A DNA stretch of 62,660 bases, filler included, from Choristocarpus tenellus KU-1152 (taxonomy: Eukaryota; Protista; Phaeophyceae): assembly GCA_964200185.2 (NCBI GenBank). It is 11 parts of 11 records of this genome, joined end to end, with 100 filler letters (N's around TTAATTAATTAA, not from the genome) between each part and the next. Parts side by side here need not be neighbours in the genome. Positions count along the whole stretch, not along the records: positions 33,708 to 44,263 come from CAXNAD020002858.1; positions 44,364 to 53,009 come from CAXNAD020004491.1; 9 more parts are not named here. The stretch is one strand, 5' to 3'. Below, piece by piece: positions 36,701 to 48,300 of this stretch. The position numbers were made by a program, and so were the translations under genes. Every line of letters begins with the position of its first letter. The stretch's first letter is position 1. The notes under the pieces are model-generated. The model did not search any database. It was not told the DNA's origin and saw nothing but the letters and a program-made list of their open reading frames with translations.

Positions 36701-39700
36701 AAAAAACAGAGCGGGAAGGAAAGTTACAGGTAGGGGGGGGAGGCGACACGTGAGGACTACTGGATCCAAAAAGATTCTTAAGGAGAAACGCGGGTTCTCA
36801 CTCAAAAAAGAACTGTAGTAGGAGTCAACCAACCACATGTGAGGGGAAAATAGAGGGGGAGGGGGGGGGGGGTCACTTTTACAGCAAGATACTCCACACA
36901 CATACATGGCCTGAGATATCTTCCTGAAATGGAACAAACATCGATTTCAACCTTTCTCAGCACCTCTCAAGGGGGGCAAAGGGAAAACAGGTTAATCAGC
37001 ATCGTTCTCAGTTTCTTTCACGGATCAAGAGGACAACCTCTCTTTCCTACTTCTATTTATATTTCTGGAAGGAAAACAGGGCGATGCGTACTACCACATC
37101 AAACATCATTACCACTATCATTGCACAACCCTCACTGCCCCACTACTTCTCCTGCCCCTGTTTAATCTCACTTGGCTGCTTCAGTCTTCCCTGCCCCGCT
37201 CTCCCCAGTGATGATGATACTCTGATCTCGACACCTCAATCGGTTATTGCTCTGAGGGTCTGTCATGAACCGGTGAGCCTTATCTGCTATTGAGTACACG
37301 TGGGGATGGTCAAGCACCTGTTGCATTCAACGGGGAAGAGCCGGGTGAGGAGAGACACAAGTGATGTAGATTAGGGTTAGAGTTAGGGTTAGTGCAATCA
37401 ACCTTTTAAAACACCACAAGAAACTTCTTGAGTTACATGCAGTACACAATAGATTGCATTGCCACAACTCTACGTTACAGGTAGAGCCCGGTTGAATGGT
37501 GGAATAGAGTGTCGGCCTTCTGTTGCCTACTTACCCACTGAATGACCACAAAACAATACTGGGGTCAGCATTTCTGAACGGTAAAGTTAACAGAACACAG
37601 AGTGGTACATACAGACAGTAATATTAACCTTTAACTTTAAGACAAACTGCAGCAGACAAAATGTATACAATATAGGTGTCAAAATTGACGGAATTAAAGG
37701 GGGAATGGAGGGTACAAGAAATAAACTTGACATGCAGCCAAAATTCCTATCGCACTATCATCCACAGAGCAACAAAAAAATCACTCTGTTTCGGAAACAC
37801 ACAAAAAAAAACGTTTTTGTTCTCACATCCAATCCTATCTACTCCGGGAAATGTACTAGTACAGATAGTGGTACATATTCAAATCCATCCCTCATTGATG
37901 AACAAAGAGCACTTGGAGTTGAACAACCTGCACACCTTCTTTTCCCCAATTATTACCCATGTAAGAGACAGACCACCACACCCACCTACCTCCCTGTAAC
38001 CCTCCCCCCGCCCCCGCCCCCCCCCCAAAAAAGAACATTTCTCATTCCAAGTCATGCCAACAATTGATAATAATAACAAACAAAAAGAGAAATATTTTAC
38101 TCCCTAGTAGGGGCCAGTACCAATGATAACCAACCCCTGAAACTCACGTGCCCATTTCCTCCACGCCATGTACAACCCAACTGTCCCGATACATTGATAT
38201 TGGTATTGAAATTGACATTGACCCTTGGGCCGTGGCCTCACCTTAAACACTTGCGACATTCCTCTCCACAAAGCAGCCTGTCCCCTCCCTCCCCCAACTA
38301 CGTTTCACAAGATCCATTCAGTTCCACAACCACTACCATACATCACCTCTCCCACAACTCAACTCACCGTGTCTACTTTGGCAGGCGCTTGTCCTCCTAG
38401 CCCCTCTTGCTCTCCCTCATCATCTTCCGCCCCCTCGGCAAACAGCTGCTCAGCTTGAGAGAGCCGTCCCTCGCCAGAAGTGACCCTAACAATCCAAAAA
38501 GGGTTAAGAGCAGCGACCGGGAGCATGGACTTGGGATTAGGGGAGGAAGTCAAGGATGGTCCCTGAGGTCATAACAAAAAATAAACCACTCTCTCTACAG
38601 GTGAGATTAAAAAAAAAGTTTAAAAAGTGGAGGGAGTAAAAGAGTTAAAAAATAAATAAATATATATATATACTTCACCTCGCTCTCGTGTTCCTCAAAG
38701 CCACCCTCAAGATAAGGGCTGGTGCAATAAAGTGAGGGTGCCTGCCATTAGAGGACTTTGCAACAAGTGAGGTGTAAGGCAGGGAAGAGGCAAGGGGGAT
38801 GGGGGGTAGGGGTACAGAACGAGAAGATACAAGTCCGAAAAACAACGTAACAATGATAATATCGGATGGGCTGGGATGGAAGCAGTTCACATTGAAATTA
38901 CCGAGGAGGATTGAGAGGGGGGGCTGAGGGAGGAGGGAAGACACACTACTCAAGTCCTTGAAGTCATTGAAAACCCCCACATAATAAAGGGTACAGCGTT
39001 GACCCACATGGGCGCACACCTGCTGCTCTCGTGCTCTTAAAGGCCTAGGTGTTTACCTGTGGTTACACCTGCTTGTAAGAGGCAACCAAGATCGCACGCT
39101 TATGTCCGTTGAGAAAATTGTTCAAATTTACCAATACCATCGAGGAGAGGGGGGGGTAAAATGGGAAGGAAATCCCTTACAGCAGGTTCCAGAGCAGAGA
39201 GTGGGGCAGATGAATCAGACTAGGACAGGGGCAAGAGTTTGCCTCGGCCGCGTAGCTCATCACACTCTGAATATTCAGAAAAATTTACTGGTGTGCAGAC
39301 AGAAATTCTAATGTTTTCTCAAGTAATTGAATCTCTTCGAACTGCACCACCCATACCCAATAGGGCGTTAGAGGATGACCTCACTGCCTAGCTGTCTTTT
39401 CATGCCTTTCCCCTAGTATAATTCCACCATATAGCATTTTCTTACTCACCCGTGTGTATTTTCTTCCCTCTCTAGCAACCTGAAAACAAAAATAATGGTA
39501 AATTTAAACTAATCACTGAACTAGTATTTCCAGAAGCACCTTACTATCACCTTTTTCCAATACACTTTTTATTCAATTTGGGCAACAATTAAGGAGGTTA
39601 TTATTATATGACAAGGAACCAATGATGATCCCTCGACAAGAAATTTGATGACAAGTTGGGGACCAATGGAGGGGTTTGATTGACTCTACAAGGCTTGAAG

Positions 39701-41126
39701 CTGTCAATGTTTTGCATTTCCTCCACCCTTGAACTCTACACATGCACATGGTCCTGCAAATGCCAGATGCCATTAATAGTGTATAAAACTATTACTGTAA
39801 GTATCAGGTGAAGTCATGGAGACAATATTTGGATCGTTTGTGGTTACCAAGGGAGGCAGAGAGGTTAAAAATCGTTTCATTGTAGCTTTTGCATGCCTTC
39901 TCCTTCACTTTTATCAGTAGCGCCTTGCATGACACATGTAAAATATTGGGGAAGATACTATGATGCGAAGTATTCAAGCATCACACTCATAAAGGCCACT
40001 ATGACGTCTTCACTGATTTACACACATCAATAGATGTGCCCTCCCTCCCCACCAATCCTCCGAAAAACTCCATTAGTCAGAGATGTCTGTATCTCTCTCT
40101 TAACAGAAATCGATAGAGAAGTAACCCTAATAAAAAAAACAGGTGAAATTAGCCCCAGCAATGTCTGAACACCTCTACTATTATTACCAGTCTCAGATCC
40201 CCAATACGTCACATACTTCAAAGTATTCCGTACCTCTTGTAGATAGCTTTAGATGTGTCATCGGGCATCTGGTACAACAGGGGAATAGTCTTGTAAGGAT
40301 TGACCGATATAAGCACATCTCCTGTGTAGGTGTAGATGTCATCATTGCAGAAGCGTGTGTGCAGGAGACTCAGGAGAGCCGCCTCATGCAGGCTGTTGAG
40401 CTTGGCCGCATCCTTGGGTGTTTGAGATCACGTCGAATTGATTTCGAAGGGATGGAGAGGGGGTGGGTTGCATTGCCAAATATGATGGGGAAAAAATATA
40501 CCAGTTATCATTACAGTACGCAGAATAGTTGATGATAGTCTCTCCCAGATATATCCAAAGGCTAGAGTGGAATGACCAATGTAAGGGAATGATTCCATAC
40601 CTCGAGATAAAGGCTGTGAGAGGGGTCCCACACGCGCGTGTCCTTACGAGGAACCTGGAACGCATCCTCGTAGATCCCTGGCACGTGTACCGATGCCATG
40701 TCCTTGGTCAGGTAGTCGAGTCTGGCCAACCGCCACACAGTCTGGCTGTCGGGGATCCAGACCTGCCACCAACGAAGATGAAGGGCGAAGGTGCGCAAAA
40801 AAGAGCTGGGAAAATCGGCATTTATGAAAGCGTGGTCTGGGGTATTGAGTAGACTGGTCTGTGACATGGGGTGATAGAAGATATTCCTAAAGAGAGGTCC
40901 GTTTCGGACATTTTCCTCTCTTTGACGGTTTTGACATAATGACCAAACAGTAGATTCTACACTAGGAAGATCAGGACTTGCCAGGAAAACTTACATGGGA
41001 CACGGCCTCTGGATCCATCTCCATTGCCCGGCCTCCATTGGTGCCTGTGCTAGAGTTGCTAGCGAAGAAGGTATTGAAACTCGGTGCCCCTCCTCCACCC
41101 CCATCACGGGGTTGTGGGAAGGGCAT
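33708..41126 (-). CDS. Myosin heavy chain, 5' part (N-terminal SH3-like region and start of motor domain), truncated at contig edge
   Basis: Exons 41126-40995 (ATG with in-frame upstream stop), 40762-40601 (VWIPD...), 40412-40234 ([10 protein letters not shown]...[16 protein letters not shown]), probable micro-exons 39479-39450 and 38705-38679, 38485-38368, 37317-37172 (HPHVYSIAD...[16 protein letters not shown]-loop), 36697-36483 ([19 protein letters not shown], switch I) and 33741-33708 (GKYIKLQY). All are GT-AG with matching phases. Confidence 0.95.
33872..34033. repeat. 18-bp minisatellite x9 in a myosin intron
   Basis: Unit (a/c)ttcctactacatattac. Confidence 0.95.
35040..35237. repeat. 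Four degenerate ~55-bp tandem units in a myosin intron
   Basis: Core aatcagtggcgaaaggggtttgccctggttggtcatc with related purine-rich linkers. Confidence 0.8.
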
Positions 41127-41455
41127 GGGCTCTACAGTGTCTCAAGAAAGCAAAACGATGTGAGAGGTCGCCCACCTTTGGTTGATTCACTCGGGCCCAA
41201 CGTGCTCTTACCTCAGGAACCCTGGCCCCAAATAAGACAAAATGCACTGAGATGAGATGTTCGGATTCTCGTTGTGAGATGATTACATAAGACAGAGAAA
41301 GTGGAAAGGTTCACGCCTGGCTATTTGACACATTTGGACAAGTTTGAGAAACAATTAAACGGTTTTCACCATTGAAAGGCTTTACCCTGAATATTTGAAT
41401 TGAAATAATTCCACTGTACAGCACTCACCTCGCCTACCTTGTTTGGGTTGTCGAG
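41127..41455. promoter_or_regulatory. Putative bidirectional promoter region
   Basis: 329 bp separate the divergent predicted ATGs of the myosin and the PDZ gene. No specific motif identified. Confidence 0.55.
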
Positions 41456-44159
41456 ATGGCGGACCCTGTCCGATTGCCCCTTCACGATAGATCAAACAAG
41501 ATTGAGGAAACAACCCCTGTGCAATCACTGATTCGCGGCTTTATGACGCAAAAGTTTGCTCTGGATTATAATGTTGGCGGTGAGGCCGTGGCACGTGGGA
41601 AGGACAGTTGTGCAACAAGTGTTCCAGAACATCAGCATGAAGTTGCTAGTGGGGGAGCCACCTTCGCTAAGGACATCAACACAACAACTTATTCTGGAAA
41701 TCAGCATACTAGTGCCCATGGGGGAGGCGCTTTTGTTGAGGACATCAATAAATGCTCTCCTGAACATCATCTGAAGGAGCGAAAACATGAAGACATCACT
41801 ACCTTGAACGAGACAAGCCATTCTCGCTCTTTGAGTCTTTCTCATCCTACTACTCTCTTGACCTCAGTACGCAGTCTCTCCTATTCTCCTGTTGCTTGCA
41901 AATTGGTGGCGTTCGATCCTGGACCGCTAGGACTGGAGCTGGAGGGTGTGGTAGAGTCTCAAGCAAGAAGACTGGGGTGCAGAGTCTTTAGAGTTACGAG
42001 CGGGGGTCAGGCAGCACGGCATGGATCTATCCAGGCAGGTGATGTCATTGTGGTACTGGATGGAGTCAACGTTCTATCTGAGCCATTCGATGATATTACG
42101 ACTGCTCTGCTCAAGCGCCAGGGTATGCGGCGTCTAATTGGTTTTATGGGCGTATCTGCCAAAGATGGTGAGCGTGTTTGGTCTCCTGCCCTACCACACT
42201 GGGGAGTGTTGGAGTGCATATCCTCCGCAAAAGAATGATCCCATTCGATGGCTTAGGAACACCCTTATCAGACACGGAGTATACAACCAAATGCGGCATA
42301 GTTTCGTTATATTCTGAGTTCATTGCCGAAGTTGAAGGACACAATAGCACAGTATCAAACCACTCTACAGATATTGAACCTCACAAGTGTCAAAAGCAGT
42401 TTATCCGACTACTACTTCCAACAAGCCTGACAGAATTTTCTGCCTTCAACCTTTCGCCACTTTAACGCTGCCCTCCTCTACTTCCCTACACTAATTTCCC
42501 CTCCTTTTTTTCCCCGGTGGCAGTTGGTAGTGGTCGACCTGGTGTGGAACCATCTCGGACACCTCCCAAGCCTGTCCTGCCCATGGACAGCCCTCTCCCT
42601 GGGAAGCCCCAAGAAACCCCACCAAGTTTAAGTGCATCAACAGCTTCTCGATCGCGGCACAAGTTGCAAGCCACCTCAAGCAAGGCTGACATCAACCAAC
42701 CTCTTGGAAGGAGTATTGCCCATACCCGACTATCCCAAAATGCTTTCACCCCCCCCCCTGCCCCCCATGCCATACTCGCTGACCATGATGGCTTCCACCA
42801 CTCTAACATAGACCTTGAAGAGTGGTGCAGAGTAAGAATGGCACAACAGGGTTGGGGTGGTGGCACTAACCCTCCCTCCAGCGCTGCCACTTCCACTGCA
42901 ACAGAAAGCTTTACTGACATCAGCCGTGGCCCAAGTTCCCGTGAGATCCGTGGCAATGTCAGCAGAAACTTACACCTCCGAGGTACAAGCTATGGAGGGG
43001 GATCCAGCAGCTTCCATCTTCCCCACAGTCATGGGTCAAGGTCATTTATACAGGCTGTGACAGGGAGTGAGACAAGGACAAGTCAGAGCAGGAGGAGAGA
43101 CATGGACAGGCAGAGTGTTATTAAGACCAATGCTGCACAAGGTGCTCTCAGGGGGTATGTGAAGGGTGTGGAGTTGCCTGCTGCACCAGTTGCCTCTAGT
43201 GCTTCCAAGAAAATGAGACCAGTGACGTTGTTGTTGCAGACAGGATCGCAAAGTCAGTACTTGAAGAAAGCCAATGAGGAGATTGGTGTACCATCAACTG
43301 CAGGGGTACAGATGAAGGAGGAGGTGCTGCGTGCACATGAGGTATGTAGGGAGAGGAGTAGATTTGGCAGGAATAGTAGGCGGTGAACTGGTTGATTAGA
43401 AGACAATATTTGCTGTTTCTGATTACATGTTTTCTTATTCCACATGGAGATCTAGATGATCAGGAGCCTCCTGTGATTAGGTGTCTTTTAGCAAGGTTAC
43501 GTCTATAACATGTTGATGTAACACTGTTGATGTAACACTGCTAATATTCTAGACTAAATTTGTTGTACACCTCAAACCACCCCTGATGCAATCAATGACA
43601 ATTGGTGATGTATTCACAGTATTGCTTTGGTTCTCTTGTACATGTTAACTATGAATATATCTTCTTTCATAATACTAACCCTAACCCCAATGTTAACCAT
43701 GGCACCTCGTCATTATAGAGCAGTCCACTATTTTGCTTCCACAAGTTTTCCTATTAATTATTGGCGTGCTCGTACTGCTAGGCACCTGGAAACCCACATG
43801 GAGACCTGCTGGTCCTTGCTCGGTTGGGGTAAAAATAATGTTGTGTTCTCCATACAGCAGGCACCAATTCCATGTTTTGGGGGAAACTAGTCACACCATC
43901 CTCTTATTGGACTTCCTCCTTACTGAATGTACAAGTCAGAAACTCTTAAGAGGGTGCTTGACCCTGCCGCTGCTGTTGATTGTTGCTGCTGGGACGACTC
44001 CAACGCAAACACAAAATGAAGGTGATGCTGGAGAGGGAAGGCGCCCTGGCGGGGCATGAGGCGGAGGTGGACATGCTCAAGGTAGAGCTCAAGGCAATGG
44101 AGGGGGAGCTGAGGAGGGTCCGGACAGAGCTTGCAACTTCTGAGGCTTCCAATCGCCAG
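41456..44159 (+). CDS. PDZ-domain protein with downstream coiled coil, 5' part
   Basis: Exons 41456-42167, 42524-43341 and 44022-44159 with matching phases. PDZ-like segment FDPGPLGLEL...CRVFRVTSGGQAARHGSIQAGDVIVVLDGVNV...FDDITTALL; heptad-like EAEVDMLKVELKAMEGELRRVRTELATSE. Confidence 0.85.
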
Positions 44160-44363
44160 GTCAGAAATGGGTAGGGAAGGTGCTCTGTTTGTGCAACTGG
44201 GACCTGGCAGAGCAATGTGTCTCCATCTCTTTTTTTTTTTTTTGGGGGGGGGGAGGGGGGTGGNNNNNNNNNNNNNNNNNNNNNNNNNNNNNNNNNNNNN
44301 NNNNNNNTTAATTAATTAANNNNNNNNNNNNNNNNNNNNNNNNNNNNNNNNNNNNNNNNNNNN

Positions 44364-45289
44364 GGGGTGTCTAGGGGGAGAGGCAGGGGGAGGGGGAGGG
44401 GTGGAGGGAGGGGAGGAGGGAAGGGGGGGTGGGGCTCTAGGGCAAGGAGTGCTCCACGGTCTGTTGATGTTGAATACACATGGGGGATGAAGAATCACAA
44501 GGGGAATATGCTGGAGATGTTGACAGCTTTGGTTAGGGGCACAGAAGCGGTGAAGGTGATGGTGATGAGTTTGATTTGGAGTTGGTTAATTGATGTTATT
44601 AATGGTTGATTTACTGCTATTTGTAGTTTGATTTGGAGTTGGTTAATTGATGTTATTAATGGTTGATTTACTGCTATTTGTAGTTTGATTTGGAGTTGGT
44701 TAATTGATGTTATTAATGGTTGATTTACTGCTATTTGTAGTTTATTGGTGTTACTTCATTTGGTTGCTTTCAATGTTATTGAGTGGTTGATTATTGATTT
44801 ATTTTAGAAGTTAATTAATGCTATTAATGGTTGGTTATTGATTGTATTTTAGAAGTTAATTAATGCTATTAATGGTTGATTAATATTGTACGTAGTTTGA
44901 TATTAGTAGTAGCTACTTTATGTTACCAATAGTAAATTAATGTTATGGTAGTGGTATGGAGAGGGAGGTCAAGTCCTGTTTTGCATCGTAGTTTACATAA
45001 TATGGAATAATAATGTATAATAGAGTGTAACTACAGCCGCATAACTTGGTGTGTACTTCTTGAACTTACAAATCATTACTATAACTGCTAGCATTACTAG
45101 CCCGATATATTTAGTACTACATTTTTTGTTCTATGACGTAGGCTGCTAGTTGTATGGTACCTTAAAGCATTGAAGCATTGAATGGATACATGTTTGGGCG
45201 ATTTCTGATAAACTTAAATCAACTACAGTGTTTTGATTTCTTACCGACTCAGAGAATGAAGTAAGCACCACAGCCCTTACCCTAACACA

Positions 45290-45347
<58 letters not shown>

Positions 45348-48300
45348 TAGTTAAATTAGTTGTAATAGTGAAATATAGACATAATGTTTCTTTTTTACTC
45401 CAGATTATCAGTAGCAGTACATTATCAAATAAAAAAGTCCTTTGTAGCATATGTCCGTAAAGAAATTACTTTGGACTGTGTTTACATGTTAATGTTTACA
45501 TGTTAATTTGTACTCCAAACGTAACTGCCGTTTCTTTAACTCTTCGGAGGAGCCTTCCTATTGTTGACATTATCGTTTCAACCTTAAGTAGTACCATGTT
45601 GATTCTGTTTTGCTGTATTAAAACTATTTTATCTGTTCTACTTTTAGTGTTAGGGCCATTAGTTGAACTGTTTCTACCTCTATTTTGTATTATGGGAGTT
45701 AATGGGATATTGATTTTCTGAAATATAGCATGTTGCAGACTGTAGACACCTTGTTGCTACACAACCCTAACCCTAGGTGCCACTTCTCGCTACAGTCCTA
45801 ACCCTAACCCTAACCCTAACCTTGAGGATGAAGGTTTAGGACTGGTCAAAGCCCTTTGAGCCTCCAGGCCCCTCACTGACCCGGTGCTTTACGCACCCAC
45901 CTTGTTGTAAACAGGGTTAGGGTTAGGGTTAGGAAACACCTTGAATGACAGGTTGAGCACAATCTAAGTCCAACTCTTTCTCATGTTTTTGGGGTTAGGG
46001 TTAGGGTTAGGGTTTTAATTGTGATACCTAACACCCCTCGTGCTTGATAGTCATTATAGCATGCCGTGGTAGGTCATGAAGTCTTAGGGTTAGGGGTATT
46101 GCATTGTAGTGGAGTGATCTAATGTATCGTTTGTCATTTGTGAATGCTTGTGAATGTTTGTGAATGTTGTAAGCCACCCTTTGTCCTTGTGTGTCCATAT
46201 CGGGATCTGCAACACCATCGTCACTGCTTTGTACCTTGTACCTTGTGTAGCTCTTGCTAAGGTTGGTAATTGTGTGTGGATTGGTCTCCAACACCTCAGC
46301 GACCATCTCTAACCCTAACCCTAACCCTAACTCCTGATAGAAGAGCACATGTGGCTGCCTTGAATTGACATCATCACTCTTCCACCAATCACAGTAGAGA
46401 CATTTTTTATGTAGGGTTTGCATGTCCTAGTGGTTGAACAGAATATTACTGACTGGGTATTAGGGTTAGGGTTAGTCCCGGTTTGAGACATCCCAATTTA
46501 TGGGGTTTCTACATTTCTAGTTTTTTTCAAGAGCTGTTAACCCAAGAGCATGCGTGAGGATGAGAGCTGGTACTGGTAACACACACACTAACCTCTTGGT
46601 CTTTTGTGGTATATGTGCAAGGGGTTAGGGTTAGGGTTTCTGATTTGTACTTGGTGGAATTATTTTTATTTTCATGTGTTTAAGAGAGTCTGTGCTAAGG
46701 TTAGACATTTTGCTAACTAACTGTACATGCTATTAATACATACATTGTAGGTAGTACTGCATAGGGGTATGTTGCACTCTATAATACCCTGCACTATTGA
46801 AATGGGAATTCCTTCAGTAGTGTATATAGTGTACAGCTTATTTTCAGTGGGTTGATTTGCCTGATGCATATTTTAACCAGGCCAGTCATGGGTAATATTT
46901 TTATTATTATTATGTTTTATTATGGGTTGGTTCATGTCCTTCCACCTCTTGGGCATGGCTAGGTTGTGGCCATGGCCTGGACCCCCAGTGATGCCAGCAT
47001 CCCAGGCAAATGAAAATCTCTGATATTTTTGAACATGACTTCTCAAAATGCTCTTTTTTTCTTTTATGGGGTGGGGACAGGTGTTCTCCAATGGGGATGT
47101 TGTAGTGGACTCTGGAGGGGACCTGAGTACTCGGATGTTGACAGTCTTCAATGTGATACTAGGGTCCTTCAAGGTCACGGTGAGTTAAGTGTACTCCAAC
47201 CCTAACCCTAATCCTATCCTGATGTTGACACTGATTTGACATTTTTGTGTATTGTAATTCTTTTTTTAGTGAATTTCATTATATATATATATTTTTTTTT
47301 TCCTTGTTTTCAAAAATAAATAAACAGGCATCTCAGTTGTTTTTTGTGATTTTTTGTTTTCACCTAACATTAACCCTAACCCTAACCAAAATGTCTAGTT
47401 GAAACAGGATACTGATACAGTGGCATATGAGAACAATCCTTCTTCATTTTTATTTTTATGCTCTCTGACATTTTGGAGGCGTGCCAGAAAAATACATGAA
47501 AACTTTTCACATGTCAGAAAAATACATAAAAAAAAAAAGGCACAGTTGTCGTAAAATGTTAAAGACATTAATGTATTTACTATTTTACTACTAGATATGC
47601 TGGACCACTATCTTCCTGTGCCTTCAACTTAGCTTTGTCCTGTACCCCAGGGTGAGTGGACTAAATGAAGGGGAATGATAATGCAGGGGGGGGAATGTTA
47701 CATTTTTTTCATTTTCCCTTGATAATAACAGAAACGATCTTGTCCTTTTATTTTGTGCATTTATTCTTTTTGAAAAAAATATATATCGTCACCCCCTTGA
47801 TATAAATTATAGTATTAAAATTATATTTATCAGTATGCTAATAGGAGGAAAAGCAGAAGAGATTTGACCCCTATGCCAGGGTACCAAATAATAAATTATC
47901 AGCCTCGGCAGGTCGGTATGACTAGCTACTATTAGTTGTGGAGAAAAACAATGATGGTGTAAGCTAGGTAATGTTGGAGATATATACATATATATATATA
48001 TATGTATATTATTGGAGGTATACCTTATGGTGTCTTATGGTTGACCGGAATCTCATATCCTGTTTCAAAAATGCCGGCCTGAAGATTTTCCCAAGGATTC
48101 TTTGTCTATATTTGGTGCTATGCCCCAGAGTGAGGGAGCTAAGCAGCAGAAAGAGGATTGTTGGTGGGTGTTGATGGTGTGGTACACTATAGGTGTGTAG
48201 GGACTCTCTGTTGGTGATATATTAGGACAACTTTGTGGTGATGTATGAGTGTGGTAGCCCTTGAACATGGTAGATAGGGGATGTTGCAGCACCCGGAGAG

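Noticed and set aside
40562-40867. ORF 40562..40867 as the myosin start
   Set aside because: Its first part is intron. A cag acceptor at 40763 and an in-phase upstream exon starting at 41126 fit better.
45762-47387. True telomere or chromosome fusion site
   Set aside because: The runs are only 2-4 units long, dispersed and inside predicted introns.
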